A program made the position numbers and the translations under genes. DNA of 64,000 bases from Vicugna vicugna (Eukaryota), in the NCBI GenBank assembly GCA_013265495.1, contig MU058139.1, positions 248,001 through 312,000 on the forward strand. Direction: 5' to 3'. The notes beneath the pieces are model-generated. The model had not been told where the DNA came from, searched no databases, and saw only the letters and a program-made list of their open reading frames with translations. Shown piece after piece: positions 10,331-22,864 of this stretch (position 1 is its first letter; the number at the start of each line of letters is the position of its first letter).

Positions 10331-11907
10331 CGGAGGAGGAGGAGAGAGTGTCCTTGATTGCGGGAGTTAATCATGCAGTCGTGGAGTCAGACAGATGAGC
10401 CCGGTGTAGAATCCATCACCCGTGACACTGTGGGGGCCCAGAGGAGGCTCAGGATAGCCTCAGGGAGTCTGAGAGGCCCTCCAGGCAGCTAGGATACTTG
10501 AGCTGAGTTTTAAAGAGTAAACAAGAATCCACCAGCCAGACAGCTATCTGGGAGAGGAAGACATTTCTGAGTAGAAGCAGGAGGGATTTCAACAGGCAGC
10601 ATTTCAACTAGAGCGAACGTCCTCAGTACAAAGCCCAGGGGGTGGAGGCTGCTTCTTGGGAGGCTGACAATACCGTACGCTTTCTGTATAAGCACAGACG
10701 TATACAGTGCATAGCAGACATGTAGTATATCTGTGATATGCAATTTTTGGAGCAATTGGGAGCAAATATCGAAAAAGCCTCCTTAGAAGGGCAGTAATGG
10801 ACAAACAATTGAGAACTCGTGAGCTAAAAGCAAGACAGAAGTCGAGGCAGGGCAGGTGGTCAGAGACCAGCTGGTAAGAGGCACCACAGGAGTTTTATTT
10901 CCTGTTGAACCTCCTGAGCCTGGCTCCTGCGCCTTGCAAAAGCTCACAACATCTTGGAGGTACGGTGCTCACAATGAAAGTGATTTTTGAGTTGTGGTCA
11001 GCCAAGCGTCCGGGGCACACTCAGAGGGCCGGGCTGGGAATCACGTCGTCTGGTCCTCATCTCGGGGAGAGACTTTTCTCTCGGCTGGTGACGGATTGAT
11101 CGCATGGTGTCACTTCCTGCTGGGCAGTGACAGATCGAATGCACAGAGACAGAAATGATAAAATACCTCTCCCCCCTGCCTGGCAAGTAGCTGTGTCTGT
11201 GATCGAGGGTGTGGCCTTTGTTCAGTAAATCTGTAAGCAGTCTCTTGGTAAAAACGAATAGACTCCTGTGGTTGTTTGTTTACGCACTGTGATAAAAAAT
11301 AAAGAAATCTTGTTCAGTTTGGGTAGAAACGTAAGTAAGAGAGAAGCTTTGAGGAAACATTAGTTCTGTGTAATTTAAAAGTTATTCCCTTAACTGCAGA
11401 CGGGGCTTTCTTCCACATTTATTCCTGCTGTGTCTTGACTTACTTATTCTGACCACTTCAACCCATTTGATATTTTGCCCTTTTCATCTTTGTGTTACTC
11501 TTACAGGATGCTTAAGCAGGGAGACTGACAGGGAGGAGAGCCTCAGTGCAGAACCAAAGCACAGACTTCTGTGTGATGATGCTGTGTCTGATCTTTATTT
11601 AAGGCAAATTCTCACTTAACGTCTCTTTTGCAGAGAAGTTCTTCATGGATGATGCTAATAAAAAAAATCTGCTTATAAATTAACTCACATTTGTAAAATT
11701 GGGATGATAACTTACTCAAGGAAATCATGTGGCTCCTTCTGCTGTGGCTTCACAAATTTCCTAGCAAGGTGCTAGTAATTGGAGGCACCGCTCAACAGAT
11801 ATTAGCAACCGACAATATGCAGACATTTCAGGATGAAGGGAAAAGCTGAATCCTGACATTATCTGCCGCCTTGACGACAACAGAAAATATATGTACACAC
11901 AGTTGAC

Positions 11908-12037
11908 CTTCACTTCATGTTGGCTCTGAGTCTTGTAACCAGTGGCGACCTTTTCCGAGTCTGGCATCCCAATTCCCATGTTGCTACTGTTTGAAAAAGT
12001 CTGAGCTGTATTTCCACTGCCACTCTTTGAAACAGTT
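11908..12037 (-). CDS. Putative nested antisense gene, exon D
   Basis: Very strong acceptor (long T run then ctttgtag|A ACT GTT); weak donor GTG AAG|gtcaac; 130 bp, phase 2 to 0; TVSKSGSGNTAQTFSNSSNMGIGMPDSEKVATGYKTQSQHEVK. Confidence 0.38.
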
Positions 12038-12207
12038 CTACAAAGAAAAAAAAAAAAACCCTCAAATCACCATGACCTTCCCCAATCATATATTGCACAA
12101 TTTCTGTAGTAGTCCTTGAGATTTGGGCCAAAAGAGAGGCTTTCTTGAATTTTCTGTTTGTGTTTTGGTCCCTTAGCAACCGCACCGCTGATAGACTCAC
12201 TACATAC

Positions 12208-12231
12208 TTTCCAGGGGATTCCACACTTTTT
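12208..12231 (-). CDS. Putative nested antisense gene, 24-nt microexon C
   Basis: ttcttttttcatggtgtacag|A AAA AGT GTG GAA TCC CCT GGA AA|gtatgt; phase 2 to 2; KSVESPG(K). Confidence 0.28.
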
Positions 12232-12624
12232 CTGTACACCATGAAAAAAGAAACCATGCATTTTTTTTCAAGTTTCGAATTTCATAGCAGCCCAAAATGA
12301 CTAAACCAACACAGAATAAGCACAATGTTTACTGCAGAACATTCCTTTTTTTTTTTTTGCCCCCAGAGATTTCTCTCTATGAGTGTTTACTTAAATATTT
12401 GCCAGACTTATCTCTAACAGTATGTAACCAAGGACTTGTGTTTTGTATATTCAGAGAAACTAATGCCAGCCTTCAGGGGCACTGATGCAAAATGAAGAGT
12501 GAATCTCTGGTGTAGGAAAGTAACCACATTCTAGAAGATTTAATCTGGTTCTATATTTTCTAGACAAGTGATGACGTTGATCTACTTTGTCCCTGATTTT
12601 TTTTCTCCTTCTAATTATACTTAC

Positions 12625-12638
12625 AGAATACTCAGGGG
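12625..12638 (-). CDS. Putative nested antisense gene, 14-nt microexon B
   Basis: cattatttag|CCC CTG AGT ATT CT|gtaagt; phase 0 to 2, the bridge needed between exons A and C; acceptor is weak. Confidence 0.2.
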
Positions 12639-12859
12639 CTAAATAATGTGTATTTTACTATCTAAATGTACTTCTAAATTCAATTTAAAGACATTAATGA
12701 TGCTACAAGTAAAACCACATGGCCACAAAAAGAGTGAGCAAAAATATAATTTAAATGCTTGGTACCCTGGTTTAATTGGCATCTCATTTGTTATTACTGG
12801 ACCAAGTAATTATTTAAAAAAATATTGATGTTAAAATTTTCAAAAAGTTGATGTTATTT

Positions 12860-13080
12860 TACCACGTGCCGGCCCTTTGGTTAGCACTTTGAAAATATTT
12901 CTCCAGTCTTCTCCTAATAATTCTCTGAAATAAGCATTGTCATCCCCATATTATGAATAAGAAAAGTGAGGGAGGAGTCTTAGAGAAGTCAAGTAACTTC
13001 CCCAAACTCCATAAATGATGGAATGAGGACCCGCAACCAAATGTGTGGTGTCTAACTCCCAAGCCTGTGTTTCACACAGC
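12860..13080 (+). mobile_element. MIR SINE
   Basis: Core catccccatattatgaataagaaaagtgagg...agagaagtcaagtaacttcccca. Confidence 0.6.
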
Positions 13081-14911
13081 TGCACTTGGTCTAAAAGCAA
13101 ATCATTTCCCCCCACGATTTTTCCCTGCAAAAGAGATTAAGTGATATTGCAATGCAGAGAAGGTCAGAGCTTATAGTAGGTAATTTTGCAACTGAATTCC
13201 CACTGAGGATAATGGATGTTTTCAAGTTAATATATGCCGTCCTTCCCAAGTAAATAATGTTCCAGTTCCAAGGTCTCCCCGCTAAATTGCACAGTTCAGT
13301 CTTTCTTCAGGTGTCAGAAGCAATGATGGGGGCAGCTCACTACTTGGCAAACAATGAGTTCAAAATAGCTTGCTATCTGTCCTTCAACAGGACAGATAAA
13401 GCTTTATCACTCATTTATAAAGGTGCTTCCTCTGGAGTTGCTATGCATGGTTGATGTAATTGTGTACTTCGGAGCTGGGGTGGACCACAGAGATCATCCC
13501 ATCTGTTACCATGGTTTAGTTATGTAAACCAGCTTGCAGGAGAAGTTATAGTACAGTGAACCGTGAAAGGAGAACCCCCTAGAATAGACTGGTTTGGCTG
13601 GAGGTAAATGGCGGGGCCAGAGTGGGGCACTTGAGGGTTTGGTCAGTGTAGGAGCCCAGCCGGAGAAGACCTGGGCTGGCTGGGCGTCCACAGCATTGGT
13701 CCTGCGAGGGACCTGTGTCCCTGGTATGATAACCACAGGACATAATCTCATGGCCCAGGCTTGGACAGAGTTCGGAGGGTCAGAGGACACCACGGCAGCG
13801 GCATGATGCTGCCCACATCCGTCCATTTGTTGATGTGGAGCAACCTCGCTGTGGAAGAAAGATTGGGGGTGGGGGAAAAGGTGAGAGAAGGAATTGGGGG
13901 TGGGCGGAGGTGAGTGATGCACAGGGGAGGCTCCTGAGCTTTTCCCTGCAAGAGCACTGAGTACCAAAGTAGTTAAATTGAAAGAAGACAGGATTAGGAT
14001 GAATGTGTTTAAACAGAAGTACGAGTACTGAACTTGGAAATCATGTAGCGAGAACACATTTCTTCTGTCTTTGCCTATTTGGGACATTTCATGAAGTAGC
14101 TATTAGCAGTCTTACTCATGACTGCTCATCTTAGGGGAAATTAGTCCGGCTGCCTGGGTCTCACTACATTTCCTTGGAAGATATTTTTATATATTTTTGT
14201 TAAGAAGTCTAATAATTTCAAAAATGTCTAAGAGAAAGAGAATGGTTGATTGATTTCTCTTGAATTGTAAGCAAAATATTTCTACCAGGAAACCATTTTT
14301 TTACTTGGTTGGAATGAATAGGTCAGACGAGAAAAGATATAGTTAATCAAAATGAAAAGATGGTAAGATCAACTATACTTCTCTGGGTCAGAATGGGACA
14401 CTTTTATCCTTTGATAAACAGGAAATTAAATTTTATGCTATGTGAAAAGTCCTAAAATATGAGTACATTGAGTCCATTTCTCCTTAATGGTGACTAAGGT
14501 GAAATATTCAGATTCAGGGCATCTCAGAGAGTTTGATGGCTATGGTAATCCCAATTTTGAATATTAATATGACATCTTATGTAGTAATTTAAAAGTCATT
14601 TTATAACTATGAATAGCATTGATTTTTGAGTTCGTTGTATCCTTGTATCTATTTTCCAAGTCATTAACTTCATGTTATGACCTTATTTCATTTTTTTTTC
14701 TTTCCCTACCATTGAAAATAGGTAACTCTATGCCATATCCTTTACTGTAGGAAATACAGTTAGACAAAATGATTATCACAAAGTCTCGGGCTGGAGTGAA
14801 TTCCTTATGGAAGATGAAACTTTCTAAACACTCAGCCTAAGCTCTTGAGTTTTCTTCTCCTAATGTGACACCTCGCCCAAGTTTGTCTCTAGTTTCCTCA
14901 ACAATAGACTT

Positions 14912-15120
14912 TGCTGAGTCTGAATGTTTGTGTCCCCTCAAAATTCATGTGTTGCAATCTAACCCCTAAGGTGATAGTATTAGGAGTGTTGCATTTGGGA
15001 GGTGATTAGGTCATGAGGCTGGGGCCCCATGATTGGGATTAGTGCCCATATAAAAGAGGTCCCAGAGAGCTCCTCACCCTCTCTGCCAGGTGAAGTCTAC
15101 CACCCAGAAGAGTGCCCTCA
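14912..15120 (+). mobile_element. MaLR (MLT1A/MST-like) LTR 5' part
   Basis: tgctgagtctgaatgtttgtgtcccctcaaaattcatgtgttg...gggaggtgattaggtcatgagg...gggattagtgccc. Confidence 0.8.
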
Positions 15121-15124
15121 CCCT

Positions 15125-15587
15125 CACTTCCTAGTTCTACTGTAACAAAGTGCCACAACCTGGTGGTTTGAAACAATAGAAATTTATTCTTTCACGGTTC
15201 TAGAGTCTAGAAGTCCAAAATCAAGGTGCGAGCAGGGCTATTGCCTCCAAGGCTGTAGGAAAGAATCCCTCCTCTCTCTTCTAGCTTCTGTTGGGAGCTG
15301 GGAATCCTTGGCTTTCCTTGACTTGTGGATGCATAACTTCCATCTCTGTTTCCATAACTTCCATCTCTGTCTCCATATTCATATGGCTTTCTTTCTTTTG
15401 TATGTCTGTGTCCTAGTCTCCCTCTTCTTTAAAAGATACTGATTATATTGGATTCCAGTCCCACTCTATTCCAGCACGACCTCATCTTAACTTGGTAACA
15501 GCTCCAAAGACCCTATTTCCAAATAAGGTCACATTCACAGGTTCCAGGTGGACATGATTTCTGGGGGACACTGTTCAACCCAATACA
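15125..15587 (-). mobile_element. MaLR (MLT1-type) LTR in opposite orientation, abutting the previous one
   Basis: ctgtaacaaagtgccaca...agaaatttattctttcacggttctagag...agaagtccaaaatcaagg...ttccaaataaggtcacattcacagg...ttcaacccaataca. Confidence 0.85.
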
Positions 15588-16259
15588 GGAGGTCCTGCAG
15601 CTTTGACAACTGTCTCCTCTCCTGAGGTCACCATGCTTTGCCTTCTTTCTTCTTTCTTTTCCTCTAGAGAATGTCACATTCTTTATAGCCTTTACGTTAA
15701 TGGATTTTCTTCTCTTATTTCATCTCAGCAATTGCTCCAGCATGTGTCCTCACAGGATCAGTGCTACGCCACAAAATCTCCCAGAAAATCAATCTGCAAA
15801 TCCTTAAAATCAGACAACTTTGGAGGCCCCACTCATGGTTTTGTTGTCAGAGGGGACTGTTGACCTGATTTGAGTCTTCCCTCTTAGGACAGATACCTGT
15901 CACATCCCTTTCTCTTATCCCCCAGGAGTGTGGCATGCATTTTTAGGCTGTTGGGGAGTTAACTGGTAAAACCACACCAGGAATTGCTGGCTTTTTATGG
16001 TTCTTACATATGCCATAGTCACCGTTAGACAACTTCGGCCTTTTAAAGGAGCTCATATTTGTCTCCAGCTCCATTCCACCCCAACCTGAAAGTTTCTGGT
16101 CAAAGTTGTTTTAATTACATTATTTGTATGTCTCATAGATATGTCAGAAGTGAGGCCTACGGACTCCGGGAAACAGTTCAACATTGTTTTGGGATGGATT
16201 TTCCCACGTTCTGAGCTCATAGTTACCATTTCACATTGCACCTGCCCCATCCCTTACTC

Positions 16260-16585
16260 CTTTTATAATTAAAGTATAGTTGATTTACAATATTGTGCTA
16301 GTTTCTGGTGTACAGTGAAGTGATTCAGTTAAACATATATATATAATATATATATATGCTCTGTTTGACATTCTTTTCCCTCATGGTTTACTACAGGATG
16401 TTGAGTGTAGTTCCCTGTGCTGTACAGTAGGACCTTGTTGTTTATCTATTTTATATATAGTAGTTTGCATCTGCTAATCTCAAACTCCTAATGAAGCCCC
16501 CCCCACCCTTTCCCCTTCGGTAACCATAGTTTGTTCTCTGTGTCTGTGACTCGGTTTCTGTTTTGTAAACAGGTTCATTTGTGCC
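16260..16585 (-). mobile_element. L1 3' fragment
   Basis: aagtatagttgatttacaatattgtg...gttccctgtgctgtacagtaggaccttgttgtttatct. Confidence 0.85.
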
Positions 16586-17185
16586 CTATTACTCTTCTAG
16601 AAAGAGTCTTTATTGGTAACTTCTCCCTGGGGCCCCAGTCCCTTCACTTTCTGCCCTTCTGCACGTCAGAGGGAAATTGGTCTAACCAGTGAGTCACCTC
16701 TCAAGTTTTCACGGAAGAGAAAGTTTTTATTTTTAAATGGTAGAAAAACTATTAAAATATAAATCATTTTATGTCATTTTAATGAATCATATGAGCATCA
16801 TTTCCCATGTTTAAAATGTATGTTTTTTATTTTATTTTTTTTTACAATACGTTGGCTTTTCATCTTCTCTGTAACATTGGCCACTGATTTCTCAGGCATT
16901 TCCCTCAGAAGTTAGAGGATAAGGTTTGAAGATGTCCTGTTTGGGTCCGTTCCCTGCCTTCTCCTCCAGCCTCAGTGGGCTCTGGCCACGTCACTTCCAA
17001 GCTGGCAGTCCTCCCAGCACTGTTGGTTTATGGAACAAAGTTTCAGGAAAATGCCAAGTGTAAAAAGGTGATGCATTTGGCCAATTGTAATCGCAGGAAA
17101 TACAGGATGTGCTTTTAAAACGTTGTACCTCTAATTCCATTTAGCCATGTCATGCTGATTTGCTTTTATTAAAGCTCTTTTATTA

Positions 17186-17219
17186 AAAACAAAACAAAAC
17201 AAAACAAAACAAAACAAAC
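17186..17219. repeat. (AAAAC)n microsatellite
   Basis: About 7 units, seen directly. Confidence 0.9.
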
Positions 17220-18554
17220 ATTCATTTACTACAGCCACCCAAAATCTTAAGGATCGAATGTAAGCAAATGATGTTTTTTGTTGTTCTGGAATTTTATAAT
17301 TCATTGCTGGTTTTACAGCAAACAAACAGACAAAAACAAAAAAACAAAAAGCAAACCAAAAAAGCCCTCAAAACAGTGTTAGAAGTTTCTAACTTTCTTC
17401 CATGAAAGAGATTTAAGTTATCTTCACAAGTAAGTAGGGTTAGCAACAACATTTAACTCTTTCTTGTTACGAGTTCAGTAAATCAATGTGCTTCCTGCAG
17501 ATAAGGTAAGGGCTTCCTTTCAGCTGACAACTGGGAGTTGGAGAAAAACAGAACCAAACAGATTATCAGTCACCATAGCACTGAAAGTTTTATAAAGATT
17601 AACTCACTGAAACTGAAAAAACATGTGATTCTCTTCAGAACATTATTTTATTCCAGTTCGGCTGATGTCTAAGGGCGTTAATATATTAGATTTTGTCAGA
17701 TTTGCCTCAAATTAAGTGAAAAAAATTTTTGCTTCATTTATTTCAGGTTGCTATGGTGATTTTTTTTTTCCTCAGTAGATGGACAGGACAATAATGAGGG
17801 CAGTGTTCAACACTGCTGCTCCAGGGCCTGAGGGCTGACATGCCCAACAAGCCTAGTGGAGAGAAGACAAAACTGAGAGGAGGGGATCGGGGTGGGAGGG
17901 GTTGGCCCCAGATCTGCTGTTCACTATGTGAGTTACAAGTCCAGCAGTCATCCTGAGCCTCACTTTGCCCATCTCTAAAATGGGTCTGCCATGATCATTC
18001 TCACCTACCTGATAGAGTGGTTATAAATTTCAAATAAGATAATGTGCTCATTAAAAGCCCTTGGGAAAACTGTGAACTACCATGCAAATAAGAACTAACT
18101 TTATTGTAGCTTCATGAACAATTGATTTCTTATCTCCCATCAGCTATTCATGATGGCTCTTTAGCTGGTCCCGAAAATTCCAATTCTAGCTCCAAGTCTT
18201 TCACAAATCTCATTGTATATATAGATGAACTTTTGTTCAGTGGTAACACACAACATATATGGAGTGATTGTCATATGCAAGGCACTTAGCTAAAAACTTA
18301 CTTTTTTTTTTTCATTTAATCAGTGTCACAACCTATTGAAGTTAAGTTCCTGATGCTACAGATGAAGATATTGAGGATTAGAAATGTTAAGTTAGTTACC
18401 CAGAGAATAGCACAGTCAGGATTGGAGTCTGTTTGTCCTTTGCCATGGCCTGTGCTTTACTTGGTGTGTTATTATATTTCCAAAAGTTTTGCAACCGCAC
18501 ATGCAAATTGTGTAACTCTGAAATCATGTCATCTCCTCCATGAAAATCTCTTAC

Positions 18555-18623
18555 CTGTTGGGTGCAAAGAGCCACTATCTCTATTTCTTCTAAATATGTG
18601 TCCCTCAAAACGTTTCTATTCAT
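18555..18623 (-). CDS. Putative nested antisense gene, candidate first coding exon A
   Basis: ATG AAT AGA...CAA CAG|gtaaga (consensus donor); MNRNVLRDTYLEEIEIVALCTQQ; TATATAAA on the minus strand at 18681-18674. Confidence 0.25.
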
Positions 18624-19464
18624 CACTCCATTGTAGACACGTTGATTAGTATTTTCAGCATTTAATTATTTTCTTTATATAGACTCCTGAAATGCTTTTA
18701 TAAATCATTGTCCTCTATTTTAGCTGACTGAAGCCCAGTTATAGAAAATTCTCTGTTTCTCTGCATTGTATTATTCATTCAACCAGACAGGTCATATGAT
18801 GATGACAAGGATTTTGGGAATTTAAGCATCACCTACTGTGTTCTTTCCTGATAACTATTGGTTGAAATAACTTCTTTCATCTCCAGCCTTGTCAATCTTC
18901 CATCTCGCTTTCCTACCCTTCCTGTGACCACCTGGTCACTCACCCAAGATCACAGACATGGCTGACAATGAGACGATTTTTTTAAATTATTGCATAGCCT
19001 GCTAAATGTGTTTTTTTTCTTTTAGCAGTTTCATTTGTTTTAATATTTAATATTTGTTTCTGCACTATTACTTCTACTCTACATGAAGTGAAGACACCTG
19101 AGATTTTTCCAGAAGCCTTGTTGTTTCATCTTCAAAACAGGCAGATGGATTTAGAAACAGATTGTTTTTTTTGTGACTCATTCAGGAGAAACTGTATTTT
19201 AACAAGAGACTGTCAAGCCCTGAATCCCACACCAAGGGAGAGAGTGCAGTGAACTATAGGGAATTATAGTTGTTCTTGGCTTTCATTTATAATTTAAAAA
19301 GCTCAACTGTTGATGTGAACTTAAAATTTTTGATTTTTACCAAAATTATACAATTCCAAATTCATGTTCTAATGTTTCACTGTTAGCTTAATAACAGCTT
19401 GAATTTATGAAACAAATTATCAAATAAATTCATTATATATATATTTTGTATACATGTATATATT

Positions 19465-19870
19465 AATTGAAGTATAGCCAGTTTACAATGTTATGTCAAT
19501 TTCTGTGTACAGCACAATGCTTCAGTCATACGTGAACATAGATATATTCATTTTCGTATTCTTTTTTACCGTAAGTTACTACAAGATATTGAATATAGTT
19601 CCCTGTGCTATTAGTTAGTATCTGCAAATCTCAAACTCCCAGTTTATCCCTTCCTACCTCTTTCCCCCCACCGGTAACCGTAAGTTTGTTTTCTACGTCT
19701 GTGAGTCTGTTTCTCTTTTGTAAATAAGTTTGTTAGTCTTTTTTAAGATTCCACATGTAAGTGATATATATATTTTTCTTTCTCTTTCTGGCTTACTTCA
19801 CTAAGAATGACAATCTCCATGTCCATCCATGTTGCTATACATGGCATTATTTTATTATTTTTTATAGCTG
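19465..19870 (-). mobile_element. L1 3' fragment
   Basis: aattgaagtatagccagtttacaatg...ggcttacttcactaagaatgacaatctcc...catccatgttgct. Confidence 0.85.
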
Positions 19871-22409
19871 ATCATTACATAATTAATTTTTTGGTTGATA
19901 GAAGTGTTCCTAATTTTGTTATGAACATGTTTTTCTTTGTCACTTAGAGCAGAGAAAAAAACAGACATCATTCATTTTTTTCAGTTTTATAAGGTGTATT
20001 TTGACATAATTTTTTTGCCTGATACCAAGTACACATTTATTATAGAATCTCAATATCTAAGACAAAGAAATGATACCCAAGATACCCAAGAGAGTGATGC
20101 ACAACTAGGAAATGCTGATAAATGTCCTCATCTGTGGACTCAAATTAGTACTAAAAGAGAATTATGCCAACATCATACTACTGAAACTAGCAAATTCTGA
20201 AACATCTTCTCACAGCTCAACATGATGATTCATTTATTCTTATTTATAACTTACCATCAATTAGCATGTGAAAGATGAAATAGAGTTCACTGTTTTTTCA
20301 AGTCAAAACGTATTGAAATTATTCTTTGCAAATTGCAGGAAAAGCAAAAACAATTTAATGATCTGCAGGAGGGCATGTGAAAATAACACTTTTTGAAATG
20401 AATTATTTTATTTTATTTTTCTAAAGAGACATTAAATAACCCATCTTCTATAGCACTATTTGTACTATGCATATGCTCAATAAATATTGATTGAATCAAG
20501 GAGTAGGAATTGAAAAGGGTTTTTTTTATCTCTTTCAAAAAATAGAAACACAAAGAGGGAGTTAAATTTCTATCATAATTATCAGAATTAATTTTATTTT
20601 TAAGTACTTTATAGTTTTTACAGCAAAATAGCCCTAAAATGAACTTATTCTATTTTGCAGTTGATGTGAACTTTTAAATCAAAATTGTTACCTTTGGATA
20701 TAATAAACCTCAGAGGTAGTGAGAGTATGCAAGGATAAAAAGAAAGCCTTCAAAGAGTTTTCAGGTTCCAGTAGTTTCTTTCTCTCCTCACAACCACACA
20801 ATATTTTTTCTCCAAAAAGGTATGGCTTTTAATAATACTGGAATTTATCTTTAGGAGACACACACATAACTGTTATTCATGAGAAGAGAACATGGCATAC
20901 CTAAAAATAAAACTGCGCCTTGTTTTCTTATAAACCTTGTTTGTGTTTATTTTAAATCTTAGGGAAAAGTACACTGTGGGTCTCCAGAGCTGTGAGTGGC
21001 TAAATAGAACAAGTAGTATAATTTTTCAAATCATCCCTGACTGCCAACAATCTGATTATCACTCCAGCTTACAGTGACTAGTTTAAAGGTATTAGTATCC
21101 TGTTGCTTGCAAAAGAATTTACAAGGAAACCTAAAACAACTGGAAAAGACAATGGAAAATGCTATACAGAATTTTAGATGAATCAACTATGATAAAAAAA
21201 ATGGAATTCAATTATCTGGTGAACTGAAGCTAAACAGAAATGCAGAGATGAGTTATCTAAGCTGGCATTCCTTGTTCTCTTTTATATGATGTGGCTACAA
21301 AGTTATTTTCCTCCAAAGATTTTTTTTTTCTCTTTGGATTATCTATTTGGTAACAATTGATACTGAGAACCCTAGGAGCTGAAAATGTGGGTTGAAAAAA
21401 ATGGGGGTAACAGAATGGCTTTGCTTATACCTATAATGTATTTTAGTCAAAAATGCTACATCTTAAGATAATCTGTATTGGCCACTGTGAGATACTCCTG
21501 CAAGCATCATTTGACGGAATGTACTGTGACTGGTGTTCCCCTGGGCTTGTGCAGCGGTGTTAAGGACATACACAATCTGTGCTGATTTTGGCTTCAGGAT
21601 TATTTTCCATGGATTGTTGTAGGAGGAAAATATTTTCTAATCTTCACGGGACTTATGTGGTTTTTTTTGTTTTGTTTTGTTTTTTTAACATTTACCACAG
21701 TCTGTGAACCATGACAACACACCCAAGTTTAAATAGCTTACTCTCAGGACTTTAACCGGAAATAAAAGTACAAACTTTATAAGAAAGATATTGCCCAGTG
21801 CAACAAATGTAAAGTCTGAAAACACAGAGGTTTTCAAACAGACGCAGGAAACTGGCAACTCAAAAAGATGGTAGCATGCTGAACAGGAATCAGGTTTCTT
21901 TACCCAGCCAAGAGTCTTCTTAGAATTCCTAGCTCTTTTCAGTTAAGTGGAGATTCTACATGGAGACTGTCTTTTGAACTTTAAAGAACTTTTTTTTATC
22001 TTACTCCCTGTACGGATGGATTTGCGTAAGTTGAGTAGTAGACATGACCACAGCCTTAGCGTCTTACGTTTTAAGTCCTATTCATGTGAAAGTGCACATA
22101 CATTCACAATGCAGTGAGGGGGCACTGTGATTCTTAAACACGAGAAACCGTGATGCGCAGTTAGAGAAGGTGCTTGGAGGAATTTACCAACCAACAAAGA
22201 ATATTCTGAAACAATAGAAAAGAAAAACCGGATATGTTAATAGAGCAAACCATGTTTTTTTAATCATCAGAAATTGCTATTGGAAAATAAGATAATTTAT
22301 CTTTTCTGATTTTATCTTTACTTTTTTTTCTAATTTTGTCTTCAGATTTTACTTCTTCCATAAATTTTTCTGTCTCTCCCCATTCTAAAATCTCTGAATT
22401 CCTACAAAC

Positions 22410-22640
22410 TATAGAGTCAGTAGAATATAGTAATTAAGTGCTCTGGCATGGCCAGATTGCATTGGATTGGTCTCCTGGCTCCATCACTCACAAGCCAAGT
22501 AACCTTGGAACAAGCCACTTGACCTGTGCTTGCACGGATTTACTCATCTGCAAAATGCAGGCAGTAATCGTACTTGCTTCATGTGGCTATCGTAAGTATT
22601 AAAACAGCAAACATCTGTCTAAGCGCTCGGTAAGTGGTGG
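22410..22640 (-). mobile_element. MIR SINE
   Basis: ggctccatcactcac...aaccttgg...tttactcatctgcaaaatg...gtaatcgtac. Confidence 0.6.
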
Positions 22641-22864
22641 CAGTGTTTTACTGTGTACCACATGCTGTAGCACTTGATTATTTGTTTTAATGATTTGCCT
22701 TAGTTACTTTCTAAGGCATGATATCTTAACATTCGTAAAACATATGCTGTAGTCTTTTCCCACGATTTGGGTTTTGTGTATCAGGTTTTTATTTGTTTGG
22801 TTGGTTTTTAGACATAAGTTCTCTGGGTCAGGACCTGTATCATTTTTGCTGCTGTTGTTTGTAG

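Noticed and set aside
13506..14087. 193-aa minus-strand ORF, the longest in the track
   Set aside because: Non-ATG start, no recognisable domain and no convincing splice boundaries; consistent with a chance ORF in a GC-rich patch.
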